A DNA stretch of 64,000 nucleotides from Rebecca billardiae RCC1528. Lineage: Eukaryota > Protista > Haptophyta. The stretch spans positions 310,001 to 374,000 of the forward strand of contig OZ251226.1 in NCBI GenBank assembly GCA_965240325.2, given 5' to 3'. Each line of letters opens with the position of its first letter. The first letter of the stretch is position 1. Under the pieces are notes generated by a model, which was not told where the DNA came from, did not search any database, and was given only the letters and a program-made list of their open reading frames with translations. Of the stretch, positions 20,567 through 31,680 are shown one piece after another. The translations under genes and the position numbers were made by a program.

Positions 20567-20731
20567 ACGTGCACACTTGGTAAAGGCGTGATACGATTGA
20601 CGCCACTCCAACATAGCGACAACAATTCTGGTCACTGGCACAATTGTCAATTCACAATTTCACAAAGACACCGCCACAAAACAGACCCGCGGCGCAGGCA
20701 GGTTGAGCCTTGAGGGGCGCGTTGCCGCACT
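20567..20731. mobile_element. Repeat family C terminus (also 30660-30761 and 35454-35474)
   Basis: Shared CGTGCACACTTGGT(T/A)AAGGC start. The first two copies also share CACAAAGACACCGCCACAAAACAGACC...GAGGGGCGCGTTGCCGCAC. Confidence 0.7.
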
Positions 20732-21384
20732 CCCTGACCGGGCGGGCTGGAGCCGGTCGTCGTCGGTAGCGGGAGACTCAGATTTCAGAGTCAGACCGGT
20801 CGATCTGCGAACTGCGGTGCGAGTGCCGAGTGCGAGTACAGCGTGAGCGGTCGCGCCACGGCAGTGACGGCGCCACGCCTGCGAGCCCGGCCCGGCGGCT
20901 GCGAACCAGTGCAGAACGCGGCGCTGCCTCACGGCTGCCTGAGTCCGGGCCGACCTCGAGTCACGTCGACAACGTCGTTGCCGTCGTCGCCACTCGCCGT
21001 CGAGCCGGAGACGCGGCTCCCGCCGAGCTCCGAATCGTCACTTGATTGAGTGCGACTGCGAGTGGCTACAGTAGTGGCTCGATCTCGGTCTTCTTCCGGC
21101 GGGAGCACAACGGCAAGCGACCCAACGCCTCGCCATGGAGCGCTTTCGTCAGACGTGGCGGAAGCCCGTCGTCCTTCGCATCGCATCGCAAGTGACGGCA
21201 GCTGACCTGCGGGCAGGACCGTGGGCGGCGCCGCACCGTGTGTGCGCACACCCGCTCACATGAGACATGAGCATGGATGTGGAGCAGAAGCAGAGGATAA
21301 TTGTGTTTGCCGCCCGGCAGGCTTCCATATCCAGCTCGCCCGGCGCAGCAGGGTGCGGCGAGCAGGCGTGGGCACGTGCGCTTG

Positions 21385-22029
21385 CTATCGCTTCTGCAGC
21401 CCGTTGCTGCGACGGGCCGCGGCAGGTTGCTGCTTGGCGCGCACGCCTCCGGCTCCCCGCGTCGCCCCTGGCTTCGCGTGCACACTCTCCACGCGCTGCA
21501 GCTGCTGCTCGAGCTTGAGGCGTGCCTCGCGCTCCTGCATGAACATGTGCTCGAGCTGCTCGAGCCGCGCCGTCACGTCCGTGCCTGCCGTCGCCACGGA
21601 GACCTCCGATGCCGCCGGTGGGAGCGATGTGCACAGCGAGCGCCGGCTGCCAGAAGCGATGCTGGATGCCGTGGGGGGTGGTTGGCCTGGGCGGCTGCCG
21701 CTCAGGGACGGTGGCGGGCGCGTGCCGTCGGCGAGCGTCGCATGCCCGACGTAGGGCGGCAATGGCCGCGTCGCGGCCGCGTTGATCCTCGGCGCCGTTC
21801 CTGACGCCGAATCGTTGTCGGCCGAGGTGGCGTAAGGGGGGAGAGAGGCTGGCCTGCCGCGCGCGGGCGGCGCAGGCGGCGGCAATGGCGCGCCCGGGCG
21901 AAGGTCGGCGCCGTACATATCGCTGACATGCTTTGTGAGCTCCTTGTCGACGCGCTGCTTCCAGCCCGCGTCGTTCAGCTGGTGGGTTGACCGCTGCGTC
22001 GGGGGCGGCCGCCCGCGCTGCGACGACAT
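21385..22029 (-). CDS. Hypothetical protein with C-terminal coiled coil
   Basis: MSSQRG...WKQRVDKE...RLEQLEHMFMQEREARLKLEQQLQ; divergent from the FHA gene at 22411. Confidence 0.65.
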   Translation of the reverse strand: MSSQRGRPPPTQRSTHQLNDAGWKQRVDKELTKHVSDMYGADLRPGAPLPPPAPPARGRPASLPPYATSADNDSASGTAPRINAAATRPLPPYVGHATLADGTRPPPSLSGSRPGQPPPTASSIASGSRRSLCTSLPPAASEVSVATAGTDVTARLEQLEHMFMQEREARLKLEQQLQRVESVHAKPGATRGAGGVRAKQQPAAARRSNGLQKR

Positions 22030-22182
22030 CGTGCAACGGCTCAAATCACCGTGTCCCGGTGAGTGTCGTCAGTCGTTCACTGGTCAGGACTCTGATCAAC
22101 ATCAGCGGAGTTGTTCAGGACGGGAGACCAGCCCGCCGAAGCTTTGTCGTGGCCAGAATTATTCTGGCAAGCTACAGTTTAC

Positions 22183-22218
22183 TAAGAATAAGAGACGCAC
22201 ACAGCTCAGGCAGGCGAG
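22183..22218 (+). mobile_element. Solo TIR of family B
   Basis: TAAGAATAAGAGACGCACACAGCTCAGGCAGGCGAG, also at 32332, at 60561, and inverted at 60675-60710 and 61421-61471. Confidence 0.8.
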
Positions 22219-22410
22219 ACTAATAAAAGCGGCAAGGGCGCCGCGCACCGCCCGGGCGGGCCCGCCGCCGCGCGCACGCCGCGGCAGCCGCCGACGACAG
22301 CCGCACTGGCAAGCTTGGCGAAGCCGTTGGACCAGGGTGGACTGGGCACAGCGCGAGGCGGGCGCCCGAAGCCACGCGCTTGCGACGAGGGGCGACAACT
22401 CCAGGCGAGC

Positions 22411-24411
22411 ATGCGCCAGCTTCAGCCGACCGTCATCAGCGGTCGGCGCGTGGTCGTCGGCCGTGGCCAGAACTGCGACTTGCGCATCCCGCAGAACGTC
22501 TCGCCCGTTCTCTACTTGAGCCGCGAGCACGCAGAGATTGCGTGCGCCGACGGCACGTGCCGGCTCTCAGACCTGTCGCAGAACGGCACCTTCGTCAATG
22601 GCGTGCGCGCGTGCAAGACGCCTGGGAGCACAGCGCTCTCTGTGGGTGACATCGTCACGTTCTGTCCGCCGCAGTTCGCCCGGAGCGCGGGGAGCTCGGT
22701 GATGCTGCCCAATCCAGCGCGCTTCACCGTCAGCGAGCGAGCCGATGGATCGATTGTCCTCGAGCACACGCCCGTCTCGGGCGGGGCTGCGGCCGAGGAG
22801 GCGGTGGCGACGGCGAGTCCGATGCCGGCGACGGGCGCGCAGCTCTCGCCGCCGGCCGACCTGCGCACCGCGCAGCCGCACGCGAGCGCTGCGGCAACGT
22901 CGACCGCAGTGCGTGCGCTCGATGGCGAGAGCAGCCATAGGGCCGCCTCGCGCCGAGCTGGCCTCAAGCCGGCCGATCCAGGCGCGCCCAGCCCCGTGCT
23001 CGCCGACCTGCCGCTCAACAGCGCGGCACCGGATTCGGCTGCGCGCGTGGATCAGGCGGCCCCACCGGCGACGCGCGCCGAGCACGAGCTGCAGTTCGTG
23101 CAGGTGAAGGCGGGTGAGACCACCCTCGGTGCGGTGCAGCTGCCGCCCCCGCCCGCCCGGGCGCTGTACGCTACCGTGCGCGAGGGCATCGAGCTTGGCG
23201 GGCTGACGGACGAGCCGTTCGCCTTCGCGGTGCAGTGCGCCGACGGCAGCGTCGTCTCGCTGCGCCGCGCGCAGGAGGCGATCTACGAGGTGCCGCCGAG
23301 CGCGCGCACCCACGGCATCGTCGTCGTCCCCGCGCCGCATGCACGCGCCCAGCCCGGTGGCGCGCGCGTGGGGGCCGGCGGCGCGGCCGTCGAGCCGCCG
23401 GCGCAGAGGCCGAAGGGCTCGTCGAGTGCGAATGATGGCGCCCCGGCGACGCCGCCGGCGGAGCCACGTGCGCGCGCGCAGCAGCCGGAGGAGGGCTCGG
23501 ATGAGCGGCTTGACTCCGCAGCCGCGCCGCGCGCCGCGGCTCCGCCCTCGGCGCCCATGCCCGCGCTGACGGCCGCGGCCGATGGTGTGAGAGCGAGCAG
23601 CCGCGCGCACGCGCACGTGTGCGATATGCCGCCCCCAGCGGCTGACGCATGCGCGCAGCCGGACGGGGCGACCGCCCACCACGCGCCCCCCGCTGCTGGG
23701 GTCGCGCTCTCCGGAGGCCGCGGCGTGACGGGCACCAAGCGCGGGCGCGGACAGCCGCGGGCGTCTGGCAGGACGGGCGGCAACAAGCGCGCCGTGTACA
23801 CGCGCAAACCCTGGACCTTGTGGAAGAAGTGGCATTGGGGAGAGATCAAGGTGCGCGCGCGCGCGCGCGCCTCGCCATGCGTCGCCTCGCGTCCACTCCT
23901 GCGCGCTCGCCTCCAGCTGTGCGGCGCTCAGCCGCGTCCTGTTCGTGGCACACGCCACCCCGCGCCACCCCGCGCCGTCGGCCCGCAGAGCCAGGGGCTG
24001 ACGGAAGGGTATGGCTACCACAACTTCCCGTTCGAAGCGCAGTGGGAGCAGCTACCGCAAGAGACCAAGGACCACTGGACGGCCAAGGCCGAGCAGGAAA
24101 ACGACAAGCGGCGTCAGGACCTGGGGTCAAACGACCCGCAGCCACCGGCCGCGGGTGTTCGCCGCGCCCCCAGCTATCCAGCGGCGATGGGCGGCGACGA
24201 GCCGCGCGAGCATCAGCCGGACGATGCGGCGGCTGAGGCACTTACTTACGCGCTCGCCCGTGCGCGTCCCTGCCAGCCTGTGCTCGCCCACGAGCACGAT
24301 GCTGCCCCGAGCGCGGGCCCCGATGCCGATGGCGATGTCCCATGCGGATTCCCCATGCGCATGGACTCGATCGAGGATCTGGACCCCACGCAGCCTGAAC
24401 CCGAGGTCTGA
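22411..24411 (+). CDS. FHA-domain protein with C-terminal HMG-box-like region (in-frame intron 23851-23988)
   Basis: FHA: VVVGRG, LSREHAEI, DLSQNGTFVNG, LSVGDIVTF. After splicing, KPWTLWKKWHWGEIK|SQG...QWEQLPQETKDHWTAKAEQEN resembles HMG-box helices. Confidence 0.75.
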   Translation: MRQLQPTVISGRRVVVGRGQNCDLRIPQNVSPVLYLSREHAEIACADGTCRLSDLSQNGTFVNGVRACKTPGSTALSVGDIVTFCPPQFARSAGSSVMLPNPARFTVSERADGSIVLEHTPVSGGAAAEEAVATASPMPATGAQLSPPADLRTAQPHASAAATSTAVRALDGESSHRAASRRAGLKPADPGAPSPVLADLPLNSAAPDSAARVDQAAPPATRAEHELQFVQVKAGETTLGAVQLPPPPARALYATVREGIELGGLTDEPFAFAVQCADGSVVSLRRAQEAIYEVPPSARTHGIVVVPAPHARAQPGGARVGAGGAAVEPPAQRPKGSSSANDGAPATPPAEPRARAQQPEEGSDERLDSAAAPRAAAPPSAPMPALTAAADGVRASSRAHAHVCDMPPPAADACAQPDGATAHHAPPAAGVALSGGRGVTGTKRGRGQPRASGRTGGNKRAVYTRKPWTLWKKWHWGEIKVRARARASPCVASRPLLRARLQLCGAQPRPVRGTRHPAPPRAVGPQSQGLTEGYGYHNFPFEAQWEQLPQETKDHWTAKAEQENDKRRQDLGSNDPQPPAAGVRRAPSYPAAMGGDEPREHQPDDAAAEALTYALARARPCQPVLAHEHDAAPSAGPDADGDVPCGFPMRMDSIEDLDPTQPEPEV

Positions 24412-24812
24412 CACTGCAGAGTAGATGGCAGATGCGGCTGCTCACCCGGCAGCTGCCAGCTGCCTGCCCGGGAGCCCTCCGTTTGCCCTGGGACCCCCCT
24501 TGACGGCTCTGAAGTCTGAGCGTCGCGCCATGCCGGTGCTGCTTGCTAGTCCGGGTGGTGTACCGGACTTTGCACTTGCTGTCAACTTGAGCTGCTCTTG
24601 AGTCTTGATCACCCGGACGGTTACAAGCCGGCACAAACTTGGCCCAAAGCGCCCAAATTTCAGGTTCCTGTAGTACCAACCGGGCTGGGAACGAGGTCGC
24701 GATTCATCGCTGCTGTAGCTCGATCATCAATCGCGCCGCTCGGGCTGGAGGAGACTGGCTGCCTGGAGACCTCGCGCAATCGCCAGGAACCTCGGCGTCT
24801 TGCGCGACGACC

Positions 24813-26505
24813 ATGTCGCGCCGCGGGCTCGTCGTGTGCGTGCTCGCGTGCCTCATCAGCTTCTGCGCTGCACAAAGCCCACCGCCTCCGTTGCCGCCAC
24901 CGAGCCCGCCACCATCCCCTCCGCCCAGCCCGCCGCCCAGCCCGCCTCCGCCCAGCCCGCCGCCCAGCCCGCCGCCCAGCCCGCCTCCTTCCCCGCCGCC
25001 CAGCCCGCCGCCCGGCCCACCTCCTTCCCCGCCGCCCAGTCCACCGCCGTCCCCACCGCCGCCGCTGCCGCCGCCCAGCCCACCGCCGAGCCCGCCGCCC
25101 AGCCCGCCGCCTAGCCCGCCGCCAAGCCCGCCGCCGACACCGCCGCCCAGCCCACCTCCGTCCCCACCTCCGTCCCCACCTCCGTCCCCACCGCCCAGCC
25201 CGCCGCCACCAACTCCGCCACCGAGCCCGCCGCCGAATCCACCTCCGTCCCCGCCGCCAAGCCCACCACCCAGCCCTCCGCCTCCGACACCGCCGCCGAG
25301 CCCACCGCCAAGCCCGCCACCCAGCCCACCGCCGAGCCCACCGCCGCCAACACCGCCGCCCAGCCCACCGCCGAGCCCACCACCGAGCCCACCACCGCCG
25401 AACCCGCCACCCAGCCCGCCGCCCAGCCCGCCGCCCAGCCCGCCGCCGCCCAACCCGCCGCCCAGCCCGCCGCCAAGCCCACCACCTCCATTGCCGCCTC
25501 CGAGCCCGCCGCCCAGCGCACCGCCGAGCCCGCCGCCCAGCCCACCGCCCAGCCCGCCGCCGCCAACACCGCCGCCCAGCCCACCGCCGCCAACACCGCC
25601 GCCCAGCCCACCGCCCAGCCCGCCGCCGAGCCCACCACCGCCGAGCCCGCCACCCAGCCCGCCGCCGCTTCCGCCGCCATCCCCGCCACCGAGCCCGCCG
25701 CCGTCACCACCGCCCCTCCCGCCGCCTCCGCCACGCACGGAGCCGTTCCCGCCGCCAACGCCGCCCTCGCCACCGCCCAGCCCGCCGCCCACCCCACCGC
25801 CTTCACCACCCCCAAGCCCGCCGCCGCCGTCCCCGCCACCAAGCCCGCCGCCGACCCCGCCACCCTCCCCGCCACCAAGCCCGCCACCAAGCCCGCCGCC
25901 AAGCCCGCCGCCAAGCCCGCCGCCTCCGTCGCCGCCACCGAGCCCGCCACCAAGCCCTCCGCCGCCCAGCCCGCCGCCTGCGCCGCCTACGCCGCCCTCG
26001 CCGCCCGCCTCACCTCCATCCCCGCCCCCGAGCCCACCCCCGCCCTCGCCCCCACCCTCGCCGCCCGCGCCGCCACCCTCGCCTCCGCCCCCATCCCCGC
26101 CGCCCATGCCGCCGCCCTCGCCGCCGCCCAACCTCGGTGTCGTGACCACGGCCACAGTCACCCTCTCCGGCTCCGTCGATGACTGGGATGAGAACACGGA
26201 GCTGGGCGCGGCGCTGATCGCCAACTTCACCTCGGCGGTCGCGGAGACGATCGGCGTCGACGAGCGCACCATCACCATCACGTCCATCACCAACGGCTCG
26301 GTGATCATCGTCTTTGAGGTCATCGACCGCAGCACGACCAACGCGGGCAGCTCGACGGTCGCCGCCTCGATCACAAGCAACGCCAACGCGCTCGCCTCGG
26401 CGATCCAGGCGCGGACGGGGCGCACCGTGACGCCCTCAAGCATCGCCGTGACCAACACGGCTGTCGTGGGCGTTGCGCCATCGCCGCCGCCACAGGGCGG
26501 TGGCG

Positions 26506-26545
<40 letters not shown>

Positions 26546-26777
26546 CAAGAAGAAGCCAAAGGCCGCGGCCGAGCCGGACGCGCCGCTCGCCCTGTTTGGC
26601 CTGGAGCAGAACGTGGTCATCGGCATCCTCGCCGGCCTGTTCTGCCTGCTCCTCTGCTGCTGCGCGGGGCTCTGCCTGGGCATGAAGCGAAGAAGGGAAC
26701 GCAACGCCGGTGGCGGCGACTCGCGCGCGCTGCGCGACGAAGACGGCGACGACGATCGCGTCGAGCAGCGGCTGTGA
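24813..26777 (+). CDS. Type I membrane extensin/mucin-like protein (SPPP repeats, SEA-like GSVII segment, TM)
   Basis: Signal peptide MSRRGLVVCVLACLISFCAAQ, ~400 aa of (S/T)PPP repeats, GSVIIVFEV, a poly-Asp run, TM VVIGILAGLFCLLLCCCAGLCL and a basic stop-transfer segment. Confidence 0.85.
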
Positions 26778-27588
26778 GCGTCGCGCGGCGCGCGGCGTGT
26801 CGCGCATTTCCGAGCCGCGAGCGCGTCTCGATGCCGCGCTCGGCACCCGCCCAGAACGAGCACCCACTGCACGCCTCTGCCTCCGCGCATGCGTCGCGAA
26901 GGCGGGTGCCACTGCACCGACCGCGCATGTCTCGGCAACGCACTGCTTCGTGCGGCGACGGTGGACCCGGGCTCCATGCGCCCCTGCTGACTTATTATTG
27001 CCATCCGCCGCCACTCGGTCTCGGGCCACGCGCGCCGGCCAGCCAGGTCAGCGGGTCAGCCTACGGCGCCGCCAGTTTCACTTCTTGCAGGCGGGCGGCA
27101 GGCGACCTCGCGCGGACCTGGCGATTCTAGCTAGCACCGCCGACCGCAGTAGACCCCACCGACACTCCCTTCGGCTTCTAGCTAGGACTCGAGCTAGTAG
27201 CTCCGCGTTCGGCCCGCCCGTACCTCAGTGAGCCCTCAGTACCTGGTCCGCTGTGTCGGACTGTGAATGTGAGTGAGTGTCTGTGACACTGCTGTCAGAC
27301 AGACAGTGTGAGTGTGTCGTTAAATCATACTACTAGAATGAGTAACCCGTCCCACGCTATTTTTCCGGGCGACTGAATAGGCGGGCCAGATCCCGCCTAT
27401 CTACAATTTCTCTAAGTAAATAACATTGCTTGGGACGGGAGGGCGGTTTGCCCCCACACCCTAATAATGAATCAAGTACTGCCATGCGACATCGGCTGCC
27501 AATAAGTGCCATGCTCACTCCGCCGTAGGTGGGCCCACAGCCATTAAAAATGAAATCGTCACAATCTCTCTGGCTTTTTCGGATACCA

Positions 27589-27652
27589 CTTCTATGATTT
27601 AAAGACACAGGCACGAGGGCGCCACTCGCCAGCTCTCCTGATTCGTCTGGCA
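27589..27652 (+). mobile_element. Solo TIR of family A
   Basis: TTCTATGATTTAAAGACACAGGCACGAGGGCGC..AGCTCTCCTGATTCGTC. Variants occur at about 17370, 19084, 33793, 42729, 44858 and inverted at 43443-43503. Confidence 0.8.
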
Positions 27653-28864
27653 TCGTGGTACTAGTAGGCTGGTCCGGAAGCTTGCAGCATGAGCAGTGGC
27701 AGTGGTGTGAGCACGTTGATGTTGGTCGCCAGGCGGGTTGATGTTGTCGTTGTCCGTCGTCGACGTCGTCAGGTCTCATCAGGCCCACGCCAGCAGTCTG
27801 ACTAGTGCATGGCCGAGACAGCCTGCATCATAAATATAATATAGCGTATTGTTATTATATTATTGTCAAAAGCCCAAGGCAGCCATTGGCGCCATTCCCC
27901 AGCTCGAGGTTTCAATCTCAAGGCGCTGAGCAATTCTAAGCGCCACCATGCTGACGAGGCTTCATTCCAATTCAAAACCTTATCATCGACCTCAACTGTC
28001 GGTTTTATTCATGTCCAGTGCACCAAATTCATTCATCATCATTCATCGTGCATTTCAGAATGGCCAACAATAACTGAACAAGCGTCGCGGAACACTCCAG
28101 GAATCAAAGGTCCTGAGACGTTCTCGAGCGAAGCTGAGAAGGTGGTCCAAACTTTCCAATCAACGGAATTCCGAGAGCATTCCGACCGAGGGAAGCAGGC
28201 ACACGAAGATTCCAAAATCTTCATTGCCACTTCTACCAGCTTTCACTGAACCAAAACTGATCGATCAGCACGCAAAGCAGGGATGCCCCTGCCACATGCT
28301 TCCGCCGCCACGCACGAAGTGCCAATCAATAATTATTATTATCCGCCACGCACTCGGTGCCGAGACAGCCGAGCAGCAGTGGCGGGCGAGCAACGGTGCG
28401 GGCCGAGTGGGCCCACTGACTAGATCTATGCTGAATGATGAGACATCATCACTGACATGTACTACTAGTCTGCTATTGTCGTGACATTTAGATCGCCGGG
28501 ACATGAGCGTCATGAGCCCGTCATGAGCGTCATGAGCCTACCGTGACCGCGTGGATGGCAGGATGCCGCAGCCACTGCTCTCTCGTCGAAAGCGACAAAC
28601 TCGAACGCGTACGCTTGGATGTAGCCTTGCAAATCGTATGCTCAAGCTGAAGCAGCGCCGCCCGACTTGGCTCACTTGAAGCTCCAGCAGCCGCAGGTTC
28701 GGGCCGTCAGTACTCGGTTGCGGGAGCCTGCCGTGCGGCCAACGCGCAGTCAAAGCCTCGGCTGCGTGATCACGCGGCGTCGCCTGGATTCCGGACGCAG
28801 ATGGCACACGCGCGTGTGCTCATCATCATGGTTGGTGGTGGCGCTCGCCATGGCCCGCCCAGCG

Positions 28865-30199
28865 TCAGCGCATGGGCGGCGGCGCCCGGGATTGCGCGGT
28901 GCGGTCTCCGCCGCCGCGCTTACGATTGTTGCCCAAAATGCTCGCCAGCACGCCCCCCTCCTTCGCGCCGCCGGCACTTCGTCCTCCTAGTCGCAAGCCG
29001 CCGGTCCCACCGGTCCTGGCCGAGCTCGGCTCATTCGGCTCGCTCTGTCGCTCGCTGCCGCTCGGCGGCGGCACGTCCGTGGCCAGCTCCTGGTGCGCGG
29101 GCCCATCATCGTCCGGCACGCCGCTTTCTGGCTGGTAGTTTTGTGCGATGAACGCGCAGAAGTTCTCCTGGCTGGGCGCGTAGGTCCAGCCGAGCTTCCA
29201 CGCCAGCAGGCAGAACGGCACGATCACGAGCGGCTCGATGCCGCCGTATATGAGCGGGATACCCGCCGCGTAGCCCGCCTGGCTCTTGAAGACCGACAGC
29301 GCGACTGTGATCTGTGGCAGCGTGGCGCGCCGAGCGCACGGAGAGGCCGGGCGCCGTGAGTGGCGCGCAGCGGCGCGCGCGCGGGCGCGCGCGCGCGCGT
29401 GGGCACGAGCGTGGGGACGCGGCGTTGTGTGCTCTGGGGCGCGGCCGCGTGGCACACGCACCGCCAGCGCCGTGTTCTGGTAGCAGCACTCGATGCAGAT
29501 GGCCACCGACTGCTCCTTGGCGATCCTGAGCACGTACTTTGAGATGATGAGAGACAGGACGAGCCCAAAGAGGCACGGCAGCCCGATCGCAAACATGAAG
29601 AGCGGCGGGTGCTCCCAGAACGGCCGATCGGACTGGCTGCTCGAGCCCGCCGCTAGGATGATGTTGCACACGCCGCACACCGTGCCGATCCGGTTGAGCG
29701 CCATGTGCCACTCCGGCTTCTTGCTGCTGAGCACCAGTCCGAGCACGACCGCGGCAATCACGACGCCGACTGTGAGAAAGAGGCTGCCCCACGGCAGGCT
29801 GACGGAGACGCCGAAGGTGCCTTTTATGTAAATCAACGCATTCAGCGGGATGAAGAAGAGGCTGACCACCGTGCTCACCGTCGTCATCGCGACGCTGAGG
29901 GCGAGGTCGGCGTTGAACAGCGAGCACAGTAGCCCCGAGAAGCCGCCGCCCGGCGACGTGGTCGTGATGAGGAGCGTGATGCCTGCGACCTCGTCGAGCT
30001 GGAACGCCTTTACCACGCAGAAGCCGAGGAAGGGCAGCAGCAGGAATTGCGACGCCATCCCCATCAGGATCCCTCTGTACTCAGTCAGCCGCGACCGGAA
30101 CGATTTCACCTCGATCGTACCCGCCATGCCCAGGATCAACCCGAACAGGAAGATGTTCGAGGCGACGGCGCGAATGGTGGCCATTGTCGACGCCGACAT
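28865..30199 (-). CDS. Bile acid:sodium symporter (BASS/SLC10) transporter (in-frame intron 29312-29461)
   Basis: GMASQFLLLPFLGF, SPGGGFS, ADLALSVAMTTVST, IECCYQNTALA and IPLIYG; multiple TM helices. Confidence 0.9.
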   Translation of the reverse strand: MSASTMATIRAVASNIFLFGLILGMAGTIEVKSFRSRLTEYRGILMGMASQFLLLPFLGFCVVKAFQLDEVAGITLLITTTSPGGGFSGLLCSLFNADLALSVAMTTVSTVVSLFFIPLNALIYIKGTFGVSVSLPWGSLFLTVGVVIAAVVLGLVLSSKKPEWHMALNRIGTVCGVCNIILAAGSSSQSDRPFWEHPPLFMFAIGLPCLFGLVLSLIISKYVLRIAKEQSVAICIECCYQNTALAVRVPRGRAPEHTTPRPHARAHARARARARAAARHSRRPASPCARRATLPQITVALSVFKSQAGYAAGIPLIYGGIEPLVIVPFCLLAWKLGWTYAPSQENFCAFIAQNYQPESGVPDDDGPAHQELATDVPPPSGSERQSEPNEPSSARTGGTGGLRLGGRSAGGAKEGGVLASILGNNRKRGGGDRTAQSRAPPPMR

Positions 30200-30659
30200 G
30201 ACGGCTCAGCGGGCCCAGTCGGCTGCCCCAAGCCGCGGGCACCTGTTGAGGGGCAGACGATGCGCCGCGGTTGCGGGCTCCCGGGCTGCTGCCAGTCTGC
30301 TGCGCCAGGGCCAAGGGTGGTCGCCGCGCAGCCTCGCCGCCTGCCGCTCGCCGGGCAAAATTGCAAAAATGAAACCCGGAATTCACATTCCGGACCAGCC
30401 CGGACCAGCTGTGTCGTTGTCGCCGTCGCCGCCTCGCCCTCGGCAGCCGAGCTCCCGGTCTGCATGCCGCGCACGCACGCCCAGCGGCTCAGGGGTGAGG
30501 AGGCCTACTAGACCGTAGGCGTTCAACATTCAGGAACGCGCGGTCAGTCGGAATGACAATCGAATTCGACGCTGAGAAGAACTTCTCCGCAGACCGAGTA
30601 ACGAGTCTGACCCGCGGGCACGGTGTTACAATTAACACGGTTTACTAGTAGTTTTAATT

Positions 30660-30761
30660 CGTGCACACTTGGTTAAGGCGTGATTGACGCCATCCAACAC
30701 TGCACAAAGACACCGCCACAAAACAGACCGGCGCAGGCAGGTGAGGGGCGCGTTGCCGCAC
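30660..30761. mobile_element. Repeat family C terminus, copy 2
   Basis: Homologous to 20567-20731. Confidence 0.7.
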
Positions 30762-31411
30762 CTCATCGAGGCGGCCATTGCAGCAAGCGGCCGCCCCGCG
30801 CTCGGACGGGCACGGCGCTCGAGAGCGCGGCTCTGACACCACACGGGGAGGGTGCTGCACCTGGATGTTGTATCCCAGCCACCTCGAGAGTGCAGCCACG
30901 CCAAACACCTGCCTGCGCTGTGAGCGACGCCGCGTCGACTGATCGAGCCCCAGCCGAAGGGAAGAACTGGAATAAGATGAAGGGTGGGCAGGTCCACATG
31001 CCCGGCGTAAACTGCGCGCTGCTCGCCTGCGGAGGCAAGCAGCGCACCCCCGCCGCCTTCGCAGCAGCACTGTACAAGTACACTACTACAATAGCATACC
31101 ATGACCGTGTCATACACAGACTAAGTGTACAGTATACGTGTCAAGTACCGTCACTCAGTTCAGACACCTTCTGACTCGGCGGCCGGCGCCGCGGAATCCG
31201 CCGGATTAAGTCAGAGGTGGCAGCAGGTCTGCAGGTGCACTCAATCAACAGGTTTGCCTGTGACCCAGCATAAGCCGGCGCGGCGCCTGGGCTGAGGCTC
31301 TGACGCACTGCCGAGATCAGGCCACTGAACGTTACCATCACCGCGTCGGACAAACTAATAAACACCGAACACGGCCGACGGACCGAGCACGGAGGCCGGA
31401 GCAGTATTACC

Positions 31412-31566
31412 GTTTATTATTTGTTTTAACGTGCGTAAGGCTCACGGTGGGAGGTTGCCGCGCCATCCTTCATCGCACGCTCTCCGAAGAGAGACCTGGA
31501 AACTCTGGTTTGAACCCATGACCTCAGACGCAAGAGCACGCCAGTACTCCATAGCTAGCAGGCCCT
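31412..31566 (-). mobile_element. Putative tRNA-derived SINE
   Basis: The minus strand reads GGCCTGCTAGCTATGG (A-box-like)...GAGGTCATGGGTTCAAACC (B-box)...GTGAGCCTTACGCACGTTAAAACAAATAATAAAC. The same 3' tail occurs at 42636-42680. Confidence 0.55.
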
Positions 31567-31680
31567 ACTCTATTATTAATATTATCGATATATGCGATCT
31601 AGTGATCGACCCAATAACGGGACCGGTCCCAATAACGACCGGGAAATATATGCATATATATATGCATATATTGGGCAATA

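Noticed and set aside
24704-27004. 766-aa Gly-rich minus-strand ORF and 515-aa Arg-rich plus-strand ORF
   Set aside because: These are antisense and alternate-frame shadows of the SPPP-repeat gene.
27589-27652. Family A motif as a spliced-leader or ncRNA gene
   Set aside because: It occurs as an inward-facing TA-flanked pair at 42731-43501, which fits transposon TIRs.
31500-31566. Functional tRNA gene
   Set aside because: A B-box is present, but no convincing cloverleaf or acceptor stem. It is better explained as a SINE head.
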